Shown: positions 1 through 7,903 of the stretch, one piece after another
Layout of the letters: each line of letters starts with the position of its first letter
How positions within the stretch are numbered: position 1 is the first letter of the stretch
Virus record (IMG/VR): IMGVR_UViG_3300045988_153982
Coordinates: 1 to 38,347 of that record
DNA: 38,347 nucleotides
Strand: one strand, 5' to 3'
Origin: a virus
Translations under genes and position numbers: made by a program
Notes under the pieces: model-generated
What the model was told of the DNA's origin: nothing
Database searches by the model: none
The model's input: only the letters and a program-made list of their open reading frames with translations

Positions 1-119
1 AAAGCAAAAGAATTAGTTGAAGAAATAACAAAGTTTAAAGAATTTTATGACATAAAAACTGATGATGTCATAACTATAATTGATATGTATTTTGCTAATT
101 ATTTTAATATAGAATACAT
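1..119. repeat. Terminal direct repeat, exact copy of 38229..38347 (terminal redundancy or circular-assembly overlap)
   Basis: The first 119 nt and the last 119 nt of the window are identical as read. Confidence 0.95.
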
Positions 120-138
120 TGGTAAACCGTTGTTTTAG
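1..138 (+). CDS. 3' portion of the wrap-around hypothetical protein CDS that begins at 38109 (stop TAG at 136..138)
   Basis: The reading frame opened by ATG 38109 is in phase with position 1 via the repeat and runs to TAG at 136. Translation is ...KAKELVEEITKFKEFYDIKTDDVITIIDMYFANYFNIEYIGKPLF. Confidence 0.5.
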   Translation, partial: KAKELVEEITKFKEFYDIKTDDVITIIDMYFANYFNIEYIGKPLF

Positions 139-148
139 GAGGCAAATA

Positions 149-520
149 ATGAAATTAGAAGTTGGACAATTTGCTAGAACTAAATTAGGAACGATAGGAA
201 AAATAGAAAATAATTCCTTTTATATAAAATTGAGATTAAAAAAAGGCAATTATATTATGATTGAAGAAGATGATATAGTTAAAGCCAGTTATAACATAAT
301 TGATATTTTGGAATGTAGAGATATAATAAAATTATTCATGGAAGATGATATAGATGAAGAAGATACTAATATATTTGAACTTATTGCTATTAATTACAAT
401 GATAATGAAATTGGTGTATTTAATTCTGATTTTCAAATAGAATTTTTCCCAATAGAAAATTTAAGAGAGATATTAACACACGAGCAAATGGAACAAATGG
501 CTTATAAGGTGAGAGAGTAA
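149..520 (+). CDS. Hypothetical protein (start trimmed to ATG after AGGAGG)
   Basis: ORF-track 119..520. An AGGAGG RBS at 138..143 precedes ATG 149. The upstream part of the track ORF is the tail of the wrap-around gene. Confidence 0.5.
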   Translation: MKLEVGQFARTKLGTIGKIENNSFYIKLRLKKGNYIMIEEDDIVKASYNIIDILECRDIIKLFMEDDIDEEDTNIFELIAINYNDNEIGVFNSDFQIEFFPIENLREILTHEQMEQMAYKVRE

Positions 521-525
521 TTAAA

Positions 526-747
526 ATGAAATGGTATTTAATACAAAGCAAACCAGATGACTATAATAATAGAAATGTTGCAATAATTTCTTCAAAGAAA
601 CCAATACACAAGTATGTATATAGTGCAAAAGAAATTGATAAACATGAATTTTATATATTTAGCAAATATTTTGATGAAATAATAGAAAATGAAATTGTAA
701 AAGAATATCATATAACATTAGCAGAATATTTAGAGAATTGTTTTTAG
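526..747 (+). CDS. Hypothetical small protein
   Basis: ORF with GAGAG RBS, tightly packed on the + strand. Confidence 0.45.
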   Translation: MKWYLIQSKPDDYNNRNVAIISSKKPIHKYVYSAKEIDKHEFYIFSKYFDEIIENEIVKEYHITLAEYLENCF

Positions 748-765
748 AGATTAAGGAGTGATTAA

Positions 766-1995
766 ATGATAAGTGAAGAATTACAAGAAAAGTTGTTAAG
801 TGTATTTAATAAAAGATTTCAAGATTATAACACAAAAGTATTAGAAGAATTAGGAAATGTTATTAAGCAATTTAAGGATTTAACCCCATCACAGGCTTAC
901 AAGTTAGGTCAGCAACTAAAATACAATACAACTATCAAGGGCTTATTAGATGAGTTATCTAAAATCAGTGGCTTGTCTGTTAAAGACTTGAAAGCAATAC
1001 TAGAAAAGGTTGCAAAAGAGAATATTGGTTTTGCTGATGTGTATTATAAAGCAAGAGGACTTGAAACACCTATTTATAGTGAAAATAAAGCACTTCAGAG
1101 GCTTGTTTCTAGTGTTTATAGTATAAGTGGCACAGAATTTAAAAACATTGCTAAAAGCACAGGTTTTAGGCTTTTAGGAGATAATGGTAAGCCTTTGCTA
1201 CTAGATATTGATGAAACATACAAGTATGTAATAGATAAATGTGTAATTGCTATTAGTCAAGGAAAAGAAACATATCAGCAAAGTATGAGAAGCACTTTAA
1301 AGCAATTATCTTCAAGTGGAGTTCGTAAAATAGAATATGAGAGTGGTTATTCAAGAAGATTAGATACTTCTATTAGGCAAAATATACTTGATAGCATGAG
1401 GCAAGTATCAAATGAAAGCCAACAATTATTTGGCAAAGAATTTGATAGTGATGGTGTAGAAGTATCAGTACATGAAATGCCAGCACCAGACCATGAATTG
1501 GTACAAGGTCGACAATTTAGTAATAAAGAATTTGAAAATTTCCAAAATGATAGAAAAGCAGTTGATTATACTGGTATGGTATTTGAACCCGAATTTAAGG
1601 GGCATGATAGAAGAAGTATAAGTGAATATAACTGCTATCATTACATATTTAGTATAGTTTTAGGTGTATCTAAACCACAATATAGTAATAAGCAATTACA
1701 AGAAATAATTGATAACAAAAACAAAACATTTGAATTTGATGGCAAGACTTATAATATGTATGAAGGCACTCAATTACAAAGAAGAATTGAAACAGCTATT
1801 CGTGAAGCAAAAGATACACAAATACTAGCACGAGCAAGTGAAGATAATGAATTAGTATTACAAAGCCAAACAAGAATTACACAATTAACAACAAAATACA
1901 AGCAATTATGCAATATAAGTGGTCTACCTAACGAGTTATCTACTAGGGCTAGTGTTCCAAATTATAAAAGAATTGCAAAAAACAAATTAATGTGA
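766..1995 (+). CDS. Putative head morphogenesis / minor capsid protein (SPP1 gp7 / Mu F-like)
   Basis: AAGGAG RBS. 409 aa. Sits upstream of scaffold and major capsid. Carries an HEMPAPDHEL...NCYHY region typical of gp7-like minor head proteins. Assignment is partly by position. Confidence 0.5.
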   Translation: MISEELQEKLLSVFNKRFQDYNTKVLEELGNVIKQFKDLTPSQAYKLGQQLKYNTTIKGLLDELSKISGLSVKDLKAILEKVAKENIGFADVYYKARGLETPIYSENKALQRLVSSVYSISGTEFKNIAKSTGFRLLGDNGKPLLLDIDETYKYVIDKCVIAISQGKETYQQSMRSTLKQLSSSGVRKIEYESGYSRRLDTSIRQNILDSMRQVSNESQQLFGKEFDSDGVEVSVHEMPAPDHELVQGRQFSNKEFENFQNDRKAVDYTGMVFEPEFKGHDRRSISEYNCYHYIFSIVLGVSKPQYSNKQLQEIIDNKNKTFEFDGKTYNMYEGTQLQRRIETAIREAKDTQILARASEDNELVLQSQTRITQLTTKYKQLCNISGLPNELSTRASVPNYKRIAKNKLM

Positions 1996-2001
1996 TATAA
2001 T
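1973..2001 (+). promoter_or_regulatory. Sigma-A-like promoter TTGCAA-N17-TGaTATAAT (extended -10)
   Basis: ttgcaa at 1973..1978, 17-nt spacer ending tgtga, tataat at 1996..2001. The TGA stop of the upstream gene forms the TG extension. Same architecture at 29584..29612 and 28761..28789. Confidence 0.5.
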
Positions 2002-2483
2002 TAATGCGGTGGGAAAAGTTTTTTACAATTTATTTACGTGTTACCTTTATAGGTAGCATAGAATAGATATATAACCTGTGTTGTATCTTAAAGTTATTGA
2101 AAGATAAAAACTATTGCAATAGTTATATCTATTCTATGGTGCTTATAAAAAGCACTAAACACTCCATATAGAACTCAGGGGTTTTTGGAGGTTATTATCT
2201 CCACATTATTGGAATGTTGCACCTAACACTATCTTAACAGGTAGTGTACTGATGATATATAAAAAACAAGACAGAGGTTTTTAACATATTAAATTATGGT
2301 TTTATACTCAACCGTCCTAGTAACTCTAGTGAAAAAAACTTATAGAGTATTGGTGAACTTTGACACCTATATCATTAGTGCAGTATCTATTAAAGATACA
2401 ATTGTAATCATAGTAAGATTTTTATTGGGGCTACTCTGGGCGACCTTATGAGTAGATAATAGGCTGTCAACCTAAAATTGAAT

Positions 2484-2507
2484 GGTGGTTCGAGTCCACC
2501 CACTTGC
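2484..2507 (+). other. tRNA-like T-arm element (ggtgg-ttcgagt-ccacc plus 7 nt) with no matching 5' acceptor strand
   Basis: Perfect 5-bp stem and canonical TTCGAGT T-loop seen in the sequence. No complementary gcaagtg within 150 nt upstream, so it is not a full tRNA. Confidence 0.35.
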
Positions 2508-2613
2508 TAAAAACATAATAATTAAGTATAATTTGACACATTAGAAAGGTTATTGTTGTTGATAGTGTATGTGAAGTGTGTTTGGCTAACATACCCCTGA
2601 TGTATTTGAAATT

Positions 2614-2640
2614 AAGCAACCTTAAATGGTTGTTTTTTTG
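2614..2640 (+). terminator. Rho-independent terminator
   Basis: gcaacc-ttaaat-ggttgt hairpin followed by a T7 run. Confidence 0.55.
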
Positions 2641-2669
2641 TGGCTTATTTAATAAAAAATAAATAAAAA

Positions 2670-2726
2670 CAGATACCCTATCTATACCCTATCTATACCG
2701 TAGGTATACATCTGTATCTGTATATA
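2670..2726. repeat. Iteron cluster (GATACCC/TATACCC/GGTATAC cores, tandem taccctatctat x2, tctgta x2). Second copy of the origin repeats found inside the replisome-organizer gene.
   Basis: Shares tctataccctat (12 nt) and atacatctgtatctgtat (18 nt) with 24294..24347. Confidence 0.55.
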
Positions 2727-2815
2727 TATATTATTTATTATTATTTATATTAATTATTATTAAATATATTATTAAAATAAATGTATATAATTTATAAATT
2801 TTAAATATTTTTTTG
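2727..2815. promoter_or_regulatory. Very AT-rich tract flanking the iterons (candidate DNA-unwinding element)
   Basis: About 90 nt of near-pure A/T (tatatatatattatttattattatttatattaattattattaaatat...). Confidence 0.4.
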
Positions 2816-2820
2816 TAATT

Positions 2821-2849
2821 TTGACAAGAATAAAAAGTTGTGGTATACT
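2821..2849 (+). promoter_or_regulatory. Consensus sigma-A promoter TTGACA-N17-TATACT upstream of the scaffold/capsid genes
   Basis: ttgaca at 2821..2826, 17-nt spacer, tatact at 2844..2849. Confidence 0.65.
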
Positions 2850-2910
2850 TTTAACTAGATATTAAATCTAGTTGGAGTAGACCAACGAAAAAAATCTAGG
2901 AGGAGATATT

Positions 2911-3486
2911 ATGAAAGATTATTTAGAAAAATTAGAAATTGGAGAAGAAGGGCTTACAAAAGACCAAATAAAAGGTATTATTGCTGAGGCAAGCAAAATG
3001 ACTACTAATGAAGTTAATAAAATTAAAACTGAATTAGAAAAAGAAATTGCCGAAAAAGATGAAGTAATAAAATCACTTAATGAAGATATAAAAAAATCTC
3101 CAAGTGCTGATGAACTAGAAAATCTAAAATCAAAAGTTGCTGATTATGAAACAAAAGAAAAAGAAAGAAAAAAACAAGAAGATAAAAAAATCTTTGAGGA
3201 AAATCTTAATAAAAATGTTTTAGAGGCAATTGGCGATGCTGAATTTGTTAATGAAAGAACAAAAAATGCAATCATTAATGAAGTAAAAATTGCTTTACAA
3301 GATAAAGCAAATGTTGGCAAATCTGCTAAAGATATTTTTGAAACTATCACAAAAGATAGCACAGACATATTTAAAAATAAAAACGAGTTAAGTGATATGC
3401 CTGATATTCAAGAAAGTAAACCTGCAGAAGGCAAGTCAACAAGCGAGGGTATAAAAATCAACCCTATGTTCAAAACTGATTTTTAG
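2911..3486 (+). CDS. Head scaffolding protein
   Basis: GGAGGAG RBS. 191 aa, highly charged coiled-coil protein directly upstream of the major capsid gene. Confidence 0.6.
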   Translation: MKDYLEKLEIGEEGLTKDQIKGIIAEASKMTTNEVNKIKTELEKEIAEKDEVIKSLNEDIKKSPSADELENLKSKVADYETKEKERKKQEDKKIFEENLNKNVLEAIGDAEFVNERTKNAIINEVKIALQDKANVGKSAKDIFETITKDSTDIFKNKNELSDMPDIQESKPAEGKSTSEGIKINPMFKTDF

Positions 3487-3508
3487 AAAGAAAAGGAGAG
3501 ATTAAATT

Positions 3509-4426
3509 ATGGCTAATACAATTAACCATGCTGCAAAATATAATAGAGAATTAATCGAAACATTTATTGAAAATTCTTATGCAGCACCATTTGTTGCGAC
3601 TAATGTTGATTGGTTAGACGCAAAAAACTTCCATTTTACAATTTTAAAAACTGGAGGTTATAAAAACCATGCTTTAACTGGAGGATGGAACAGACAAGAA
3701 ATAACTGAAACTGACAAAGTTTACACAGTTACTCAAGACAGAGATGTAGAGTTCTTCTTAGATAAAAGAGACGTTGACGAAAGCAACAGAACTGCTACAA
3801 TTGAAAATGTATCAAATACATTTGAAAAAACACAAGCAACACCAGAAAAGGATGCTTACTTCTTTAGTAAAGTTGCAACTGAAGCAACAACTGCTAACAT
3901 GAGTAGTTCAACTGCTATTGCAGATTATACTAGTGCAAATATCTATACTAAGGTAGTTCAATTCATTGGTAAATTAAGAAGATACAGAAATAAAGGTTTA
4001 ATCGTTTATATTGCACCTGAATTAATGGACTTATTAGCATTATCAACTGAATTAACACACCCAATTGAAAGTATGGGATTTGTTGAAGGTGGAAAAGCAA
4101 TTCAAACAAGAATTACAAAAGTAGACAATGTTCCAGTTGTTGAAGTAATTGATGATGACCGTTTCTATTCACAATTTAACTTTACTGACGGATTTGCACC
4201 AGCAAAAGGTGGATTTAAAATCAATATGTTAGGTTGTACTCCAATGACAACTAAAGTTGTACCAAAAATTGAAAGTATTTATTTCTTTGCACCAGGAGAA
4301 CATACTGAAGGCGATGGATACTTATATCAAAACAGAGCACACTATGATACATTCGTATTCCCTAACGGAAAAGATGGCAAAGTTGATAGTGTTTATGTAG
4401 ATTTAGATACAACTGCTGTTGCTTAA
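3509..4426 (+). CDS. Major capsid protein
   Basis: AAGGAGAG RBS. 305 aa. Position after the scaffold gene. Codon usage like a highly expressed structural gene. Confidence 0.65.
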   Translation: MANTINHAAKYNRELIETFIENSYAAPFVATNVDWLDAKNFHFTILKTGGYKNHALTGGWNRQEITETDKVYTVTQDRDVEFFLDKRDVDESNRTATIENVSNTFEKTQATPEKDAYFFSKVATEATTANMSSSTAIADYTSANIYTKVVQFIGKLRRYRNKGLIVYIAPELMDLLALSTELTHPIESMGFVEGGKAIQTRITKVDNVPVVEVIDDDRFYSQFNFTDGFAPAKGGFKINMLGCTPMTTKVVPKIESIYFFAPGEHTEGDGYLYQNRAHYDTFVFPNGKDGKVDSVYVDLDTTAVA

Positions 4427-4438
4427 TGAGGTGGCAAT

Positions 4439-4594
4439 ATGATTTTAGTTAATAAAGATAATATTCAATTAGAAATTGAAGAAATAGAACTAGAAAAGTA
4501 TTTGTCAATGGGTTATGTTAAATACGAACCTAAAAAAGTTGAAGTTAAAATAGAAACTGAAAACAAAAGAAAACCTTTAAAAGAGGAAGAATAA
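4439..4594 (+). CDS. Small charged protein (51 aa) following the capsid gene
   Basis: GAGGTGG RBS 7 nt before ATG. Not in the ORF track (below its size cut-off). Fills the gap between capsid and connector genes. Confidence 0.35.
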   Translation: MILVNKDNIQLEIEEIELEKYLSMGYVKYEPKKVEVKIETENKRKPLKEEE

Positions 4595-4612
4595 CGATAG
4601 GAGGCATTTTAA

Positions 4613-5008
4613 ATGGAGTTTAAAGGACAATATCTAACTTATCAAGAGTATCAACTTCTTGGTGGAACTCTTGAAGAAATGCCTTTTAATTTATTAGAAT
4701 ATAATGCTAGAAAGAAAATTGATGAAAGAACCTTTGGAAGATTAATTGATAAAGGACAAGAATATCAAGAAGTTAAATTGTGTGTTTATAATATGATTAC
4801 AACTTTAAATAGTTATAGTTCATACGACACACAAAATAAGGCTATTTCAAGTGAAAGCGCTGATGGTTATAGTATTTCATACGGAACACCCCAAAAGTCT
4901 ACTACAGAGGCTAAAAATAGTGAATTAGAAGATGTTATAAATAGTTATCTTGCTAATGTTGTTATAGACAATGTTCCTGTGTTATATAGAGGTGCAGATG
5001 TTAGTTAA
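4613..5008 (+). CDS. Head-tail connector / head completion protein (gp6/gp15-like)
   Basis: Position and size (131 aa) in the head-tail joining cluster. AGGAGG RBS. Confidence 0.45.
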   Translation: MEFKGQYLTYQEYQLLGGTLEEMPFNLLEYNARKKIDERTFGRLIDKGQEYQEVKLCVYNMITTLNSYSSYDTQNKAISSESADGYSISYGTPQKSTTEAKNSELEDVINSYLANVVIDNVPVLYRGADVS

Positions 5009-5345
5009 TTCAAGCCTAACAGTCTATCATAAAGTTGAAATAGACCACGATTATAAATGGGTTAGATATTTCTATGAAAATATATGGTGGTTTGGTGGCA
5101 AGGGTGCAAGTTTAAATAAAGGTTATGATAATGCGAACGATGTTCAAATTAGAATACCTTATGACTTAACCCCAGACCTAGACTACAATAATTTTGGAAT
5201 AGGTGATATTTTAGTTCAAGGCAAATATGAGGACATTGTTAGTGAGAATGATTTAAAAGATTTAAACATTCCATATTACAATATTACTTCCTTAAATAAT
5301 AATGTATTTGGCAATAACAAGCATATTCATGTGAGTGGTAAGTAA
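4998..5345 (+). CDS. Head-tail adaptor / head closure protein (start trimmed to internal ATG after GAGGTG)
   Basis: ORF-track 4971..5345. Overlaps the stop of the previous gene. Positional call. Confidence 0.4.
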   Translation: MLVNSSLTVYHKVEIDHDYKWVRYFYENIWWFGGKGASLNKGYDNANDVQIRIPYDLTPDLDYNNFGIGDILVQGKYEDIVSENDLKDLNIPYYNITSLNNNVFGNNKHIHVSGK

Positions 5346-5689
5346 TGCCGGTAAAAATGCAACCTACAAGTGTTATAAAGGCAAATTTAGGTATAGAGCT
5401 GAATGGCAAAGTACAAAAATTTTTTACAAACACTTGTTATAGGTATATGGACAAATATGTTCCTAAAGATAATGGAATATTAAGAGAAAATGTTACTATT
5501 GATAGTAATAGCATAACTTATGAACAAAAATATGCTCACGCTCAATATATAGGTGAAGTAAATGGTAGAACAGTTGTTAATTATACAACACCAGGCACAG
5601 GACCTTATTGGGATAAACGAATGGTAAGTGCTGAAATGCAAGATATTGTCAAAGAAGTACAAGATTATGTAAATAGAGGAGGCAAATAA
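5345..5689 (+). CDS. Head-tail joining / tail completion protein
   Basis: ATGA overlap with the upstream gene. 114 aa. Positional call. Confidence 0.4.
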   Translation: MPVKMQPTSVIKANLGIELNGKVQKFFTNTCYRYMDKYVPKDNGILRENVTIDSNSITYEQKYAHAQYIGEVNGRTVVNYTTPGTGPYWDKRMVSAEMQDIVKEVQDYVNRGGK

Positions 5690-6129
5690 TGATTACTGAT
5701 GTTGAAAACACAAGAATTGCTAAACTTGGCAAATATTTAGAAACTATACTTGAAGAATTAAATAGCAAGTATAAAAAGATAAATGCTGATTTTTTAGAAA
5801 TTGAAGTTAATAATTACTCGCTTGATAAGATACCAACCGCTAGTACTGTTGAAGAAGATATTACTGGCAGTAGAATTTGTCGTGATGTATATTCATTTAG
5901 AGCGCGTAACCCATATTCTAGTGATAGATTAATTAATTTAAAAAACATAGGTTTTTTCGAGGAATTTGAAAGTATTATAAAATCTAATAATGACGAGGAC
6001 GTTTTGCCTGAAATTGATGGAATAGAAAGTATTGTATGTTTAAATTCTGGTACATTCAATTATGCAGATGAAAGTATGAAAACAGCAGTATTTGATATTC
6101 AATTACAAATTACATATGAGGAGGAATAA
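5689..6129 (+). CDS. Tail terminator / tail completion protein
   Basis: ATGA overlap. 146 aa. Positional call. Confidence 0.4.
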   Translation: MITDVENTRIAKLGKYLETILEELNSKYKKINADFLEIEVNNYSLDKIPTASTVEEDITGSRICRDVYSFRARNPYSSDRLINLKNIGFFEEFESIIKSNNDEDVLPEIDGIESIVCLNSGTFNYADESMKTAVFDIQLQITYEEE

Positions 6130-6131
6130 AG

Positions 6132-6335
6132 ATGAAAACAATAAAAGTTGTTAAAAATGGCAATTATAAAGGTAAATATATCTTTAAAAATGACATTATT
6201 GAACCAACAAAAGAAAATTTCGAAATGATAAAAATTTTGAATGAAAAAGGCTTTATTGAACCTCTAAATTTACAAGAAATTAATGAAATCGAAAGATTTA
6301 TTAATAAACCAAAATTTAAAAAAGAGGAGGAATAA
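6132..6335 (+). CDS. Small hypothetical protein in the tail module
   Basis: GAGGAGG RBS. 67 aa. Confidence 0.35.
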   Translation: MKTIKVVKNGNYKGKYIFKNDIIEPTKENFEMIKILNEKGFIEPLNLQEINEIERFINKPKFKKEEE

Positions 6336-6338
6336 TAA

Positions 6339-6839
6339 ATGCCTACATTGGTTAAAAGAAAAGAAATAATGTTGTATCTTGACACTACACCAGGTGAACA
6401 AACTAACAACTGGGGACTATATGGTAAAAAATCAACAACAGCTACTTATAGTTATAATCCAAATTCAACTAGTGAAACTTATATTACCGATGATAATGCA
6501 ACAGTTACTTTAGATAGTTATAATGTTACTATCGATGGTAATATGAAATGTTATTTTGGTGATGCTATTTATGATTATATCAATGGTTTAAGATATAATA
6601 TGGCAACTGGTAGTGACGCACAAACTAAAGCATTATTAATTGACAAGTATGCTAAAGCTGATGCAGATAATACATTTAAGGCACAAGTGTTTGATTGTAC
6701 AATTTCAGTAGAAAGTTATGGTGGAGACGGTGGAGTTACTCCAACAATTACGTTTACAATTGGTTTAAATGGAGACCCTACTCAAGGAAGCGTAACATTT
6801 ACTGGAGAAACACCAACATTTACTGAAAAAATTGGTTAA
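6339..6839 (+). CDS. Major tail protein
   Basis: GAGGAGG RBS. 166 aa, Thr/Ser-rich. Followed by a strong terminator and then the G/T chaperone pair and tape measure, the canonical siphovirus order. Confidence 0.55.
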   Translation: MPTLVKRKEIMLYLDTTPGEQTNNWGLYGKKSTTATYSYNPNSTSETYITDDNATVTLDSYNVTIDGNMKCYFGDAIYDYINGLRYNMATGSDAQTKALLIDKYAKADADNTFKAQVFDCTISVESYGGDGGVTPTITFTIGLNGDPTQGSVTFTGETPTFTEKIG

Positions 6840-6858
6840 TAAATTAAAGCCTTTAAGG

Positions 6859-6886
6859 GTGGGAGGGTAAAACCCTCTCATTTTTA
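6859..6886 (+). terminator. Rho-independent terminator after the major tail gene
   Basis: gggtgggagggt-aaa-accctctca hairpin followed by ttttta. Confidence 0.7.
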
Positions 6887-6905
6887 TATTTTAAGGAGGA
6901 AAATT

Positions 6906-7343
6906 ATGGAAAAATTAAGAGTTGAAAAGGACAATGTTTATAAAATCGAAGTTAATGATAAAGGGGAATGTATTGAATTTGATTTGTTAGATATTGAATT
7001 GCCTATTAAATTAATTAATGCAAGCGAAGAGTTAGAAAAACAAAAAGTCATTCATGAACAAAAAGTTGAAGAGTTAAAAAAAGAAAATCTTGAACCTAAA
7101 GAAAATATGTTGAAACAATATGAAATTGACAAAGAATTTTGCCAAACTATGCGTAATGTTTTAGACAATCTTTTCGGTGAAGGAGCTTCTCAAAAAATAT
7201 TCGGCGATACAAACAGAATTACAATGTTTAATGATTTCTTTACTCAATTAGAACCGCATCTTGATAAAATTATTATTGATGTTGAACAAATAAAAAAGGA
7301 CCTTATAGAAAGATATAATCCTATATTGGAGAATAAAATTTAA
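6906..7343 (+). CDS. Tail assembly chaperone (gpG-like)
   Basis: AAGGAGG RBS. Sits between the major tail and tape measure genes. Confidence 0.5.
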   Translation: MEKLRVEKDNVYKIEVNDKGECIEFDLLDIELPIKLINASEELEKQKVIHEQKVEELKKENLEPKENMLKQYEIDKEFCQTMRNVLDNLFGEGASQKIFGDTNRITMFNDFFTQLEPHLDKIIIDVEQIKKDLIERYNPILENKI

Positions 7344-7903
7344 TGTACCCAGAATATATGGAAATCGATGGCAAAGACTATAAGATAAATACTGATTATA
7401 GAGTGGCATTGGCATGTTTTAGAGCTATCAATGATGATGAAATCAACGATACCGAAAGAAGTCTAGCAATTATTACTTTGTTGCTTGGTGAGGACTTCCC
7501 TTTTGGACTTATGAATTTAGCTATTCCAAAATGTATTAATTACTTACGATGTGGTCATGAAGAAAACACTAGCGAAGAAGATATTGATATGGACTATGAA
7601 CAAGATAAAGGCCGTATCATGGCAAGTTTTAGGTCTTGCTATCAAATGGACATAAATAAAGAAAATATTTGTTGGTGGGAATTTAATGACTTAATTGAGG
7701 GGCTTAAAGAAGATGATGTTTTAAATAGAGTTAGGAACATAAGGCGTGCAAATCCAGATGAAATAAGCAACGAAAAAGATAAACAAGACTTAATTAATGC
7801 ACAAAAAAGATTGGCTATAAAAGTAAAAGAAAAGAAAACATCAGAACAAGAAGAAATTGATAAATTTTGGGATAAAATAATAGGAGGTGAAAGCAATGAA
7901 TAA
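7343..7903 (+). CDS. Tail assembly chaperone (gpT-like), in the -1 frame relative to the upstream chaperone
   Basis: Starts at taATG overlapping the stop of the G-like ORF. Lies -1 frame relative to G. An A4T3 tract sits at the junction. Confidence 0.45.
   Translation: MYPEYMEIDGKDYKINTDYRVALACFRAINDDEINDTERSLAIITLLLGEDFPFGLMNLAIPKCINYLRCGHEENTSEEDIDMDYEQDKGRIMASFRSCYQMDINKENICWWEFNDLIEGLKEDDVLNRVRNIRRANPDEISNEKDKQDLINAQKRLAIKVKEKKTSEQEEIDKFWDKIIGGESNE

Larger units (their letters stand above)
2005..2640 (+). ncRNA. Candidate large structured noncoding RNA (no ORF over 25 codons; promoter-to-terminator unit)
   Basis: About 630 nt with many hairpins (17-bp stem 2057..2141, gtgcttataaaaagcac, ggaggttattatctcc, ctactc...gagtag), a tRNA-like T-arm at 2484..2507 and an intrinsic terminator at the end. 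Bounded upstream by an extended -10 promoter. Confidence 0.3.

Noticed and set aside
119-148. N-terminal 10 codons of ORF-track 119..520
   Set aside because: This stretch belongs to the tail of the wrap-around gene (ends TAG 136..138) and the intergenic SD. The real start is ATG 149 after AGGAGG.
2427-2512. A complete tRNA or tmRNA gene around the ggtgg-ttcgagt-ccacc T-arm
   Set aside because: No 7-nt partner for the 3' acceptor strand (cacttgc or ccacttg) exists within 150 nt upstream. The 5' gggg ctactctgg tract resembles a tmRNA 5' end only superficially and cannot pair with the 3' end.
7329-7345. Canonical X XXY YYZ -1 slippery heptamer for the G/T chaperone frameshift
   Set aside because: The -1 frame is closed by TAA at 7334..7336 and frame 0 by TAA at 7341..7343. 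The intervening aaaattt does not satisfy the heptamer rule in frame, so I report the arrangement but not a defined frameshift site.
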